NCBI GenBank assembly: GCA_002633005.1
Contig: NMRA01000450.1
Location: 164,876 to 228,875, forward strand
Reading direction: 5' to 3'
DNA length: 64,000 bases
DNA from: Phoronis australis
Taxonomy: Eukaryota > Animalia > Phoronida
The translations under genes and the position numbers were made by a program. Shown here in pieces: positions 37,770-51,054 of the stretch (position 1 is the first letter of the stretch; every line of letters begins with the position of its first letter). The notes under the pieces are model-generated. The model ran no database searches, had not been told where the DNA came from, and saw only the letters and a program-made list of their open reading frames with translations.

Positions 37770-38304
37770 TTCTACTTCCTTTAATTGTTAACCTTTCGAG
37801 CGTAACAGGGGACTTTTGAATTAACTTCTTCAACCGGCGTGCCCCGCCGAATTGAGCTGTGCTTACTTTGTTTTAAAATGTTGGACACAAATACATCACC
37901 TATCTAATGACAAATTTTGTTATCGTTGTCAAAAGTTGGCTGGAAGTCAACAACACCGTGACTACATGTATTCAAGACGTGTCTAACTTAAATTACATCA
38001 ATGTGTTATGCATAACCGCTTCTATCAATGTTTAAATATCGAGTACGAGACCTGTCTTTTAAAGTAGTATTTTAGTATTATAAAATACCAAAATATGTGT
38101 ACAAAATTAAACACAGCATAGTACGTAGCATTTTCACAATTTCGTGGTATGATAGATACATGTTTATTCACAAAATACAAACCAGTGTAAAAATAATTTT
38201 AACAAATTTATCGTGTGATTCAAGCATGTTACAAAATATAAAACGTATAAAAGACGATGAACATTATCATTCATCTCGGTGAACAACTAGATGTGAAAAA
38301 ATAT

Positions 38305-39190
38305 AAATCACTACTACTGGAATTTACTGAAAATAATTTCTCGACTTTGCGCAGCCATCTAGATCCTTCTATTGGGGACTGATGACTGGCGGGTTCCCGC
38401 GAAAATTTCGTCACTCTGTGTTAGTGTTTATAGGAGACAACTGCAAGACCCTGGACTATTAGTATGACAGCTAAATCTGACTCTCTGACACCTCGCTCAA
38501 ACCAAGACCTCTCTCTGCCCTCAAGCAAGTGTCCTTGTCTTTAAGGCGATAAAACGCTGAACAGTTTAAACCACATGCATTTGCCCTGCGGTGTTTCGCC
38601 ATGAGCTTTGTGAGCAGCTTTTCAGTCTCACCAATATAAGAATTTTTACATTCGTCACAACCGCACAAAGGGTGATGCGCCACTCCACTGACATCACCAC
38701 GCTGAGATTTGTCCTTAGGGTGCGTTAAACTAGTGCCGGCTGTGCCAACAAGCGTGTGTGTGCTATTCCAATACCTCTTTGATTAAATGTTTTTGGTTTT
38801 AACGGACGGAACAACAGTAGTGGTGGAAAGTGTTGGCTCCTTACTATCGTGTGAGTTCGAGGGTGTGATCACCGTACTAACACGAGACACTCGTTTGAGA
38901 GGACATGAGGATAATGGACAGAGAGAGAGAGAGACCGAGAGAGAGTTCTTGTGGGGTGTCAGAGAGGCTGCCTGGGTTAAAGCCAAAAATTCCTCTTTGA
39001 CAAGACACGGCGGAGTCAGGTTTAAGTTGTCTGACTCAGGGTCACAGTCTTGCAGCAGTTCATGAACACCGTCAGAGGGAGAGGAAATTTTCGCGGGAAC
39101 CACTATGTCATCAATTTCCAGTAAAAGGAGTCAGAGGCTCCTCAAAGTCGGGAAATTGTTTGATAGTTAGTTCTAAAAGTGGTGATTTTA
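38305..39190. mobile_element. Penelope-like element remnant (GIY-YIG) in inverted arrangement
   Basis: The - strand reads LTHPKDK…SGV…CDECKNSYIGETEK…HRR. The + strand reads GVREAAWVK…LTRHGG.RFKLS. Inverted terminal segments lie at 38305-38410 and 39085-39190. Confidence 0.75.
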
Positions 39191-39304
39191 ACATTTTTGC
39201 GAAATGAATAAAAGTTATCTTGTTATGTGCGCTGTGTCACATAAACAATTTTTAATTGGATACGTGACGTAGAAAACACGTAACGGTCCTGTATAGTTTC
39301 GGTA

Positions 39305-40319
39305 TTAATGTGATATTCGATTAAGACGACCTCTTTTGATTTTGTTGTATAAATACTCGATTCTCAACTTTTGTTTTCCTGGGTGAAAAAACGCCATGAT
39401 TTGCTGACTAAGTCTCAGGCCATAGGCTTGAATAAGAAGAAAGAACAACATAACAACAAACACGACAAAAATTACAACAATTGTGTCTACTTGCGAACTT
39501 TTAGGTTGCGGAAAACATTTTATGACGTCAACCGAATGATTGTACTCAATAGAATGCTCATTCAGATTATCAGAAATATGACGTAACGCCTTTGCGAAAA
39601 TTCCTGAACCTGACACGTTGAGATTTATTCTGGCCTCTCCTGAAGACTGGAACTGAGAGGTGCCTCCATGACGATGAAAGGCAGACAAAATCCAAAAAAG
39701 AATAAAGTCTGCGAGTATAACAATAATTGAAGCTACTAGCTGAACAACAAAAACAACGACTCCCGTTTTGAAAAAATGTTTTTCGTCTTTGGTCAACCTG
39801 TTTACAGAATTAGACCGAATGAACTTTTTCTTTTCTTTTTTCGAAAGAGGAAATATCGTTTGACCACCTTTTTGTATGAGGTCTTTGTCCAGTTCTACAA
39901 TATCTGTTGTGATATATATATTGTCAAATTTCCTATCTCGCAGAAACCTTCGTCTGTAAAGGAGAGCTTTGACAATGACGAGTAAAATTGATAGTGCAAA
40001 TATTTTTCCACATATATCCACAAAGGCACCAGTAATGAACGTAAAACTTTCAAATTCTTCCTCAATTGCCTCTTTAATTTCCTTTGGAGATTTACTTGAA
40101 TTTGATGATGTATTGCAAGATAATTGCGTCTCGAAATCGAAATCAAATTGAGAGTCCATCGTCTTCGTCAAATTTCCCATAATGCCTTCTGCTCTGTTGA
40201 TCGCGTCAGCGAAATAGGTTGGTCGGCGACACAGCTTTTTGGTGAACTTCAACCAGTCACAGAACTCGTCCATCCTAATTGGTTTACATAGCAGACGCGA
40301 CAAGTCTCGTTTGGAACGC
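39305..40319 (-). CDS. DC-STAMP-domain paralog C, exon 3 (DC_STAMP core)
   Basis: Acceptor ccattttag. Reads (R)RSKRDLSRLLCKP...YRRRFLRDRKFDNIYI...CFPQP...QAYGLRLSQQIMAFFHP...stop. Confidence 0.9.
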
Positions 40320-40897
40320 CTAAAATGGCAAAATACTCGTTACTAACTTTAACAGAGATCGAGTAGTGTAAGCAACCTGTTTTCAATCGTAGCCGTAGGA
40401 AGATTTTCGTTGGCCGCTGAGCAGGGCTAAGCAATTCCATGCAGAAGCCCTTGACTCTAGCCGATGCATGACTGAATTCGCGTACTTAATATTGTGTCGA
40501 AGACTAGGTGTTTAATCAAACATTCACCGACAATAATGGACACGTCACTCGAATAAGCAATAAAGGTCCGAACCATTCCAGAGCAGCTGTAAACCTACGT
40601 TCAGACCGCTTACCGCCATAACTGAATCACGTGCTCCTTACTAGGTTGAAGTGACGCCAGGACTTACTGAGTCATGACGTAAGACCGTGCGCGGCGCACG
40701 AAATGCCTTGACAAGGCAACTTGTAGGTTCTGCTCATAAACAATAACAAATTGTCAGTTGTTTCTATGCCCAAAAATCAAATCTAGTTTGTTAAGGAATT
40801 TTTAGACCAATTTCATAACAATAAGTTATCGAAACCAAACGTCTTTTATGTTAGGTAAAATCTTTTACACCGTAATCGTTGGAGAAATGTCACCTAC

Positions 40898-41055
40898 CTC
40901 AGAGGCCTGTGTATGTCCCGTTTGTCACGCCCAAAATTTTTTAACAGATCAGGCAAGAACGAAACACTCGACATGACGTTGATGCATTTGTTATACGCGT
41001 CGTGGAAACTTGCCGTGCACTTTAGATGACTTTGACGCAGGGATCGAGGACAATC
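40898..41055 (-). CDS. DC-STAMP-domain paralog C, exon 2 (not in ORF track)
   Basis: Acceptor cgttttag. Reads DCPRSLRQSHLKCTASFHDAYNKCINVMSSVSFLPDLLKNFGRDKRDIHRPL. 158 nt, donor AG|GTAGGT, same C-x10-C-x10-C spacing and phases as A and B. Confidence 0.87.
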
Positions 41056-42584
41056 CTAAAACGATGAAAATTTATTCTATTGAGATAATTATCAGCTATG
41101 TATCATTCATTAATAAAGTCAATAAAAGATGGAAAGAGAGCTAAAGATACTCGAGTCTGCTTACGTCACTGGCTACACCTTTCGGTTTAGTAGTAATTAT
41201 TTTTGTTTTACTTAACATTTGCGGTTGTTTTTACATGTCATTCTGACTAACATTCCAAATTGATGTCAGCTACAGGGGCGGATCCAGGATTTTGAGTTGG
41301 GGGCAGCAGGGCAGAATATTAGAAAGGATTTTGCCCTTCAGACATTCGCACCTCCATACTGCCAAATGGAATCTGGGAGAATTGTAGGGGGGGGCATGGC
41401 CCCCTTGGCCCCCTATAAATCCGCCACTGAGCTAGGTAATGATTGTTTACCTTACGCTCAATGAAATCGTATGAAGATTACAACTGCCACGCTGAATAGA
41501 CAAGTGGAAATCTCAAATTACAATCTGGACTAAATCATCTTCCGTTGAAGTAATCAGTAAATCTGATTGGTGTATTCTTATGTCGTCTTTAATCAGGAAT
41601 GCCAAATCGCCACTTAAATAAACTTACGATTCCTGTCCAAACGAGAATCAAAACAATAAATTCAAAAATTCCGCTGCATAGGACTTCAAAGTGCCAAGCA
41701 ACATCATGAACATTGGTCAGTGCACAAGCCAGGTGAACGACGAAATGAAGGTAATACATCTCCTGCTGATGCCATAAGCATACCAGCGAGGCATAGGCCT
41801 ACCGCCCGTGACTCTGTTCAACCGATTTACTTTTAATAAATAAAACGTAAAGTATACTTAACAATATGTTAATAATAGATTGGATATAAATACACTGCCA
41901 AAACTGCAGAGAGCTCCCGTTCGTGTTTGTCCTATATCCAAATTATAGGTCATCTGCAATGTTATCGCCAAAAAAGCATGGCTGTCAATTGGACGATTTT
42001 AACATGTGGCCATGTTAAGTGATAATGGGATAGAATTTAATTTAACTGCAGGAGTAGAGGATCAAAAACATACACAAGGACAAACAGGAAGGTTTGGACG
42101 TGGTGAGCTTTCTGATTTTCAATAAAGTTTCATCGCCATCTAGCGGCGATAGGTCTAACTGTCACTTGGCAAAATAAAAAAGATGATGACCACCTTTACT
42201 ACTATTGATGGGAGTGACCATGAGAACTGCAGCTTAAACTCTCCAATTGGAGGTATATATGCATATTCATATGTTGGAGGTATCAGACCCTCCGTCAGTG
42301 CATTGGGTGTTAATCTGTACAACAATTGAATGATGTGTTTACAGTGGCGGACCTGGGATATCACAAGGGGGGGCAACATTTTGTCCGGCTTTAAGCATTT
42401 GCGCAAACCACGATTGTAGATGCGCATAGCACCGAATGGGGGGAGGTCGGGAGGGGGGTTCCCCTCCCGCCCAGGAAAATTTTCTGTTTTCTCCCACTAA
42501 AAATCAAGCATTTTCCTTGATTCCTGAAGTATTCACCAAGTAAAAAAGGCAAAAAAACACGGAGTAAGCGTCAAACAGGAAAAC

Positions 42585-42652
42585 CTGCAAGTACGGAGAC
42601 TCGAACTCCGGACTTGGCGGGTAGAGCGAGTGTTCTTTACCACTACACCACC
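42585..42652 (-). mobile_element. tRNA-derived SINE head / tRNA pseudogene fragment
   Basis: GTGGTGTAGTGGTAA (A box) … GGAGTTCGAGTCTCC (B box/T arm), with no intact anticodon arm. Confidence 0.5.
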
Positions 42653-43376
42653 ACGACTTAGCTACTAAACTCTTAATAAGAGACCTACTTGTTTATGGTC
42701 CACAGCGTTTACGCGTGAAACCTACTTCTTTTTGTAATGGTTATTACACGTTTTATATTTTGTGCAATCGGTTCTTAACAAATTTGTTTTTAAAATAGTC
42801 ATCAAATGCCCAAAAGACCAAATCCGTTTTTAGTGTTGGCAATAATGACGGGATTGCTTTGGAAATAGTCTTAAATTAAGGTTTGAGAAAGAGAGAATTA
42901 TGAGTTTCTGAGTGATTCACTGAGGCTTCGATTAAAATTCACATCTTACCAGCAGCTTCTGTTTTTTCATCGTCACTCAAGTTCCATTTTCTTTAAAAAA
43001 TGAGTTGCACAGTGGACCAGACGACGGAAACGGAGTCGTAGTGCTCAGCGCCATTGCCGGTCGCCTGGGACATCGCGGGAGAGCCTATACTTAGCCATAG
43101 TTCCGTTACGAATGCGCCGTGTTCCGAATTTAACACTTGAAATTGGATCTGAGCCCTCCCCCCCCCCCAAACACTAAAACTGCACACATTTAGATCTTGT
43201 TTCATCCGTATAATTTTAATTACCGGGTTAATTAATAAACTCAACATTTCCCTACGCTCTTGCTGTTTTTTGCGGCAGCCANCCCCCCCCCCCCCCCCAT
43301 TCTAAATCCGCCTATGGTTTAACAAAGCATGTCAGACATGGCTAGTTCGTTTATACTTTAGACGTGGCCTACAAAC

Positions 43377-44330
43377 CTTTGCAAACCGGACAATTGCTTG
43401 TCTGGCGTTGTTTGTATGATTATAGTAAGACAGTAGCGCGCCACCAGCAGGCTGAGCGGCTTCCCGTAGCCTATCGCCCGCAGTCTTCAGATCGTCAACT
43501 TCTCCTCGCATTTGTTCGGCAAGACTCTCGAAAGGCTCTTTTAACATTTTCTGTAAATCTTGTGTCTGATTGACCATCAGCTCTCCGTGACAGCTAATAG
43601 ACCGCGATATTTCGTTCACATTCGAGATCATGTTGGCACATGGTCCGCGCATCAACAGGCCAACGACGACAAGCCACAAAACAGCTCGCCCTCTGGTGCC
43701 ACACAGTGAAGGAAGAATCAGTAGTAGAAGACATCGCGAAGTTCTTGACACTGAATAGGCGAACCAACTGATGCCAAACACTGCTGCACTAATACCAGCT
43801 GCAATACTGGCTTCAAATCCAGCCGTCATATTCATAATGATATAAATACACGTGCTCAATAAAAAGCAGACAATAGCACCCGTGGCAGGAATCCACTTTT
43901 TGGTACCCAGCGCAGCATGTACCACATTGTCTACTTTGGTAAGTGTCTTGACCTTCTCTTCGTTGAGAGTATTTTCCAGAGAAACTGTAAGAGACCTTCG
44001 CCGACTGCTGCTGACATCACCATCTGTCTTAGTTTCGTCAATGTTATCGATGGCAGCGTCATTCGTGTAGATTGTAGCTCCACCAGTCTTCTCCCCCAAG
44101 TTGGCAGCGTAGTATTTTTCTTGAACATAATCCGTCGAACAATCACTGCATTCTTCCGAAAAGTTCCGAAGTGTAGAATAACTAAACAAATCATCGTCAT
44201 TATCGATTGCTATCTTGTTATCCAGAATCGTGTAACTGTCGTCAATATGGCCTGAGGATTGGGAATTTTCCAGGTCGACTGTTGAAACGCCAGGATTTGC
44301 AATCGTTAACGACATTTTAGTCCGTTTCAT
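43377..44330 (-). CDS. DC-STAMP-domain paralog C, exon 1
   Basis: ATG at 44330, 318 codons. Contains LLLILPSLCGTRGRAVLWLVVVGLLMRGPCANMISNVNEISRSISCH. Donor AAG|GTTTGT. Confidence 0.9.
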
Positions 44331-46492
44331 GAATCCCTGTGTTGGTGCATCACGCGCGCGTTTTATACTGAGTCCCCTCTTATCACCACTTAGATAACTA
44401 TCGTATTTGAGGTGGACTGTACTGTTTGGGAGATCCTGGCCGGTTCGATTCCAAGGGCGAGAGAAGTGACTGTTTTCAAACTGGCCGTCGCCATTGCCGC
44501 GCTTTCAGGGCAATGAGCCTATATTCGAAATAATGCCTTTTTGCTCGGCCTTTTTTACCCAAGTGGTCTACTTATTAGCACATGCGCCTGCGTTTCCCAT
44601 ATAAGCCCAGGTAATAGGCCTATACTTTGCGTAGGCGTATATATCAATTCACCTATAGATGCACCTGTTTTGACTACCGTTGTGCTTCCTCCTCGTAATT
44701 TTTACGTTTGCTTCTGTATCTTTGGAGTTCCATGGCGTATTTTCAAGAAATTTGGTAAATAACATTGCATGATCGTATTGTCGCGCATTTAGGCCACGGC
44801 CTGTACCTGAAATAATGTCTTTTCAACGGCCTTTTTTACCCAAGTGGTTCCAGGAACGGATCCAGGATTTTGTGTTGGGGGGGCCTGGGAAGAGTATTAG
44901 CCAGGATTTTGCCCGTAAGACATTCGCACTCCCCAACTGCCAAATGGAAGAGAATTTTAGTGGGGCAATGGCCCCCTTGCCCTCCCTAAATCCGCCACTG
45001 GGTTATCATAGTTGGCGCATCTATCACTTATTTGATTTTCCTCCCACAGGAAACAAGCACGTCTCAGTCCTCATTTAATTGGTATGGCCAGATAGAGACG
45101 TAGTACGTTCATGCTATGTCTCATTAAAATCGTGAACATTCAAATTTGTATCAAGCGCCACCTAGTGACTCGCTGGACAACTGCGTGTACAAGTATAATC
45201 AGGAAAAGAAACAATTTGTAAATAAATTGCAGTTGTAAGTAAAACACCACAACTGACACTCTTAAAAACAAGTGTTAACATAAAAAAACTATTTATTCCA
45301 AAAGTTCGCAATAGTTATTTGATAGTGAAATAAACAAATAATTACATCAGTGCCTTGTTTCATTAGGGTAACGATGAAATATTACCATACTCATTTACAT
45401 AAAAATTGTTTCGCAAAAGGAGACTTTCGCGGGATTGTAATGGTGACTGGTTCTCTGGTGGTTTCCGGCACACCGGAAGACGTGGGGTTGTTTGTAAACT
45501 AGTATTTCATGCATATTCACTATTTAACGAGACCGAGCATATTCTAATCTATGGTACATTTCCTTTACATGGAAAATGTGACCTTTGAAGTTAGATGTGA
45601 ACAAAACGATTGCAGCAGCTAATCTAACTTTTTTGACCGTATGCGCGGATACATGTTATTAGGGGTGGAGAATTTGAAAATAGTATTGGAATGAAAGAGT
45701 TTGCACTTCGTCTGTGTTTCAAAAATAATGTATCTGACGATTTTTCTAGAAATTCTTGCATACAAAGTGAATAATACTTGCGTTATCATTGCCAAGAAGT
45801 AGATTCACCATGATCTGTTAAAAAGGTAGTTTTACGAGTTTTCGCGTTCCCTGCCTCTTTAGTTTACCGTCATTCCATACTGTGACTTGCGTCATATTAC
45901 GTCCCTTTTGGGGGGTTATCTTTGAACCACGTGGTCGTCACCGTGACTAAATGTGACTGGAGACTCTTTGATCTAACGTCGTGACTTTTCGTCTGCAACG
46001 TTTACGGCATCTTTTACATCCAAGTTGCCTTGGTAATATGCGTATAATATCAATTATCGGTCACGCATCATGAGCTTCAGGCACAAAAGTGTCACGTTGA
46101 TCACAACTAAAGCAAAGACGCCAAAAACGATAAAAAGATTTAGAAGAGCATTTGCTGTCCGGACCATCGAGCCTATTGTGGGCTGTCGTGTCAATAATAA
46201 AAATTCGCGAGATTGAATGCGGTACGCCTCTTCGTTTGATTCGGATTCATTTTGATCGCGCGTGGGATTATATCGTTGGACCAAAACATCCCTGCCCACA
46301 TCCTTACGAGATCCAGTGGATTACCAAACGAATGACATTTTAGTGCCCTTAAGAGTGTTTCAACATAAACACTAAACAGTGGCAGATGTTTTCAAATTTG
46401 TGTCAAGTATGAACAGATCGTTATTCACGTTTCGAGAAAAAGATTTACCTTCCGGATGTGGTTCTCGATTAAAAGGATACCAAATCCGGTTT

Positions 46493-46730
46493 TGGCCTAT
46501 TAAGAGATACTAAAAACGACTTTCCCCATCCAGTTCTCTCAAACAAAATAATGCTCTGTAACCCTCGACAAACCTCAAAAGTTTGGAGGAAAATTTGAAA
46601 TCCGGTAAAACGGGCAAGCGTGACCTACGCTTTTAGTGAATTACACCCCAATTGTGGGAAAAGACCACCCACCAAGGGCAATTGTATCCAATTTGAGGGA
46701 TAGGGAGGATGAATTTTTAATTGATTCCTA
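46493..46730 (+). repeat. Dispersed repeat, second copy at ~51051-51316 inside RPL23 intron 4
   Basis: Shared 'cctattaa.agatactaaaaacgactttccc.atccagttctct…ctcaaaagtttg.aggaaaatttgaaa…'. Confidence 0.8.
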
Positions 46731-47066
46731 TCTGCAAAAGAGGACGATCACTCAGGCATTATACGGTAATGCCACCACAATGGTATTTACTCGTTTAACC
46801 GCTATTACACGTTCTTATCTAATTAATGTGGTATATTCATGAGTGGTATTAAGAGATTTGAGGCTATTAACTCTTTCATATCACAAGGCATGCGTGTAAC
46901 ACGCATGCGGATTTACTGAACAGTTCCAAATGACAAATATACGTGTTCTGTGCCTTAGTCAAAATAGGCGTTAATTATGGACTTGTCAAAGAACTGGCGA
47001 AGCCAACGACTAGCGGTGTTATGAACTTGGCCCGAACTGCAGATTTATTAAATCTTAGTCTATCTG

Positions 47067-47455
47067 TGCCCGGTTGCATGAACAGTCCCATATAGGGACT
47101 CACCTAAGTTCCCTAGATCTCCTGCGTATTCGTGGACTTGTCTGTTATCTTAGTTTCATTACTACCAGTAAGCCTCAAATCTAGGGCGACTTCTACGTTG
47201 ACTTCTCAATATAATGGAGAAAACTTATAGGATTTTTTCATGCAACGCGCCTGAGTCCCTATGTATTTCCATTGAACTCAAGGCTCAGTTTACAGGTATA
47301 TTATTAGAAACTGTTATTTGTCAATGAGGGGCTCATATAAAGATGGAATGATAGAAAACGGTTACCACCTGTAAGTAATTAACGAGACAAATACGCAAAA
47401 GGTTTAGGAAATGTAGTTCAGTCCCTATTTAGGACTTTCTTCATGCAACCGGGTA
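47067..47455. mobile_element. Harbinger-type MITE (intact sibling of 22609-24177)
   Basis: TIR TGCCCGGTTGCATGAA…, TSD CTG. Confidence 0.75.
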
Positions 47456-48810
47456 CTGAAGTCCCGACTGATAAGTTTCGAATATTCCCGAGCCCAATGA
47501 CTTGTAAGGAACGAGGCAAGATCAAGTTGCAACGGTAAGTGGGCGCAAAAAAATCTGTTTAACTTTAAATTTTAACCACCTCATTAGCCACAAATTCGCT
47601 CATGGTACAGCGGCATTTACAATTTGACCAACGTGCGCATGCTCTGTTGTCCCAAAGGTTGCGATAACAATACGGGGTTGAGGTTGTTGTGGCAAAGAGG
47701 ACGGTGATTACATGGGGTTGTGACAGCGATGGTGATGACGGTGAATAGTGACAGTGACGACGGCGATATATACGTGGTGCCGGTCGATGCGTGTTGTTGT
47801 TATTGTGGTGTGCCAGTGCTTAGGCTACATTGCTCTCGCACTGTCCAACCCCAAGCTGCTGGTCCCAGGATCAATCACGTTCATATCGGGCCTTAATACC
47901 GCGATTTAAAAACAATGCACATGTAGGCCTATTAATTCCAGATAAACTGAGTCAGTGGGCGCCTAGTAACAGAACATGCGATGATTCACGATAAAGGCCC
48001 ACCAGAGCTTCGATAATTCCACATACATAACAGTAACAACATTAGATTCCTCCCACTGGCAGCTCAGCGACCAATATGTTGTAAACACAAGTCTCGCCCC
48101 TCTCCCCCCCCCCCTCCCAGGAGGACTGACATTGTTTTCTGACGAGGAGGTCAGAATTTGGCGAAGGTGAAATTTGTTTGTTTGAGCTGGTACCTTTTCT
48201 TGGTCCCGGTTGGGACAACTCTGGTAGAAGTTCACGAAAACTAACCCAGAACTGAAGACTGCTGCCGTCCATCCAACCTTTTCTTAGTGTTTGCTTAACA
48301 CTTTCTACTTTATCACCGACACTCAATGATAACAAAATGTTTCCACTCTTCTCATACTCGTTCAACTGAACTACTTGGAAACATAAATTCATCAGGCACT
48401 TGTTGAGTACAAACATTAAAAGGGTCCGGGTATTTGTAATAGTCTACCACTAGGTGGCGATTTGCTTTTTAGAGCTTATTTTACTGCGATTTTGACCTAC
48501 CATAGGCGGCGCAGCATCGAAATAAGTAAGGGGGTGGGGCTTATGATGTCTCATTTTCCAACTGACACTGAGGTCACGAGCTCGAATGTTGAAATGAAAC
48601 ACACTTTTCGACAAAAATACCAAGATAGGACTTTTATTGAAGAGGTATTTTACAAAAATAGCTATTAACGATAGTCTTTAAATGAACTCTAAACTAACTT
48701 GGTCTCGCAAGTAAAGCAAGGGACCTTACCAAAGGAATGTCGCATTCAAGTAAATCACATGGGTCTCATATCACACGAACGCCCTCATGCTCTCAATCTA
48801 TTCAAAGGTT

Positions 48811-50076
48811 AACAAGAGCAACGCGGAGCGTTGAAATGCGCCCACGAATGCATTGCAAATGATGTGCTTTTAGGGTTATTTATTTGTATCATAAAAATGG
48901 CCACTAGATGGCGCAAAAACATACAACATTCAAAAACAGGAACATGCCATATTTCATAAAAATCTGTCGAAGGAACTTCAGAGAAACGAGGGAAAACAGA
49001 ATAAAATGAAATTGCCACTAGTGGGCAGTGTCCGTTGGATCCGCCTCAAAGTCGTCGTCTGTTGTTATCTACATATAAATACACTTACTAAATTTAGTAA
49101 AGATCCTGCAGTGGGTTTAGGAGATACAACTATGGGCGCAAAACAAAATTACCACTAGGAGGCGCCACAGTAGTCACCATCATCAAAGGTCGACACTGAG
49201 AACATAGATGCTAATAATGATTTCGTTGATACAGGGGTGGACACCAAAAATAAGATTTGAAAACAGCAAAAAATGGCCACTAGGTGGTGCAAAATATCTA
49301 GATTCCATCCAAAAACAGAAAGATAGCGTCATCACACCAATAGATGCCCATATTTAAAATTTTATGAAAATCTGTTGAGGACCTTTGAAGATACTGAGCT
49401 AAACGTAAAAAACTAAAATTACCAATAGGGGGCACAGCAGTGGTCGGATCTGTCCGAAAATCGTCGTCATCCGTAGTCAACATCATATAAATGCACTTGC
49501 AAAATTAAGTAAACATCCTGCGAACGGTTTAGGAGATACAGCCATAGGTGCAACAAAAACAAATCTGCCACTAGGAGGCGCCACAGTAGTAGAAATCGTC
49601 GGAAAATCATCGTCAACCGTCCTCTTTATAGTAAGCACATACATGCCAATTTTCACAATCATCCTTTGAGCGGTTTGGTTGATAGAGGGGTGGAGGCAAA
49701 AAACAGACTCGAAAACAGTACAAATGGCCACTAGGTGGCGCAAACTACGTCGAATCCATCCGAAAACGAGAGGATAGTGTCATCTTACTAATAGGTGCCT
49801 ACATACCAAATTTCATGAGGACACAGGACTTTTGAAGATACAAAGGTAAGCGTAAAAAACTAAAATTGCCACTAGGGGGCACACCGGTAGTCGGATCCGT
49901 CCGAAAGTTCGCTCATGCCGTCCCATTCATGAATGGAACATATGTGGCAAATTTCATGAACGTATGTCAAAGGGTTTTGGAGATAGTGCAGCGGACGCCT
50001 GACGGACGCCGCCCGGACGGACGGACGGAGATGACGGCGTAATGCGTCCACATATAAATATGTGGGCGCATAAAAA
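48811..50076. mobile_element. Helentron-associated interspersed element (HINE-like) with internal ~140-bp minisatellite
   Basis: AACAAGAG end, subterminal IR AATGCGCCCAC, (GGAC)n microsatellite, and terminal hairpin AATGCGTCCACAT-ATAAAT-ATGTGGGCGCAT followed by AAAAA. Confidence 0.65.
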
Positions 50077-50906
50077 GGACTTGCATTCCTGAGCACCACC
50101 TGGTAAATATCTAGTCGCTCACTGGTTTGTGAGATAGATGTTCCGAGTTCCAAATAGTCAATACATTCGAACCACGCTTCAACGTTAACAGCGGTTTTAC
50201 CTCGTGCACCAGTCTACTCCGAGTGCAACGAGTCATCGTTTTAACGTACCGATTTCGAAGGCACTTTCACGAACGTAACATAAAAAGGTGCGAATTTTCA
50301 GGTAGTGAGAAAATAAAGTTAGAATACCCTGCTATGAAAGCAGTCCAACGTTACATGTAAAATAACTCAACACACAAGACAAGTCTTACGCTGTCACTTC
50401 ACAATTCCTAAAGTTTTTGTCTCGTAGATATGAACGCAACACAGCCAAGAAAATACCCTACATTTACGGGTAATAAAGATTGCTCTTTCGTTCAAGTGCA
50501 ATTCTTTTTTCAAAATTACAGTAACTTTTCAAGAAACATACCCTACAATGAACACCGACTACTTGCAGCTCAGTCGACACTACATATGTGCACATTAACT
50601 AAATTCTTTTCAAATTGCTCTCACTGGGTGAAAGTCAGAACGTAACCATGGCAACCAATGGACACCTCAAAATCTCAATTTTTGATAACCAAGATATAAC
50701 TTATCAATTAAAATATTGTTATAGGATCAAAATTTAATATCGCAAATTAATTCTTCAACTATAATACTTAAATGTCCGTTTTTGGTCCTATTACGGCCAA
50801 AAACTGATGGAATTAATGTAATCTAGTCTCACTCAGATCAGGGTCCCTTAATTCACACTTACAAAACAACAGGAAATGAATGACACAATCAAGGTTTTTA
50901 TCGTTT

Positions 50907-50912
50907 TTTATT
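50907..50912 (-). terminator. Polyadenylation signal of RPL23
   Basis: AATAAA about 20 nt after the stop codon. Confidence 0.75.
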
Positions 50913-50931
50913 GTATAGAATTATGGTACAG

Positions 50932-51054
<123 letters not shown>

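Noticed and set aside
44395-44460. tRNA-like GGTTCGATTCC upstream of gene C
   Set aside because: B-box only, with no cloverleaf.
48042-48416. ORF with faint ubiquitin-like pattern (LSVGDKVESVKQTL)
   Set aside because: Too little similarity and no supporting exon structure.
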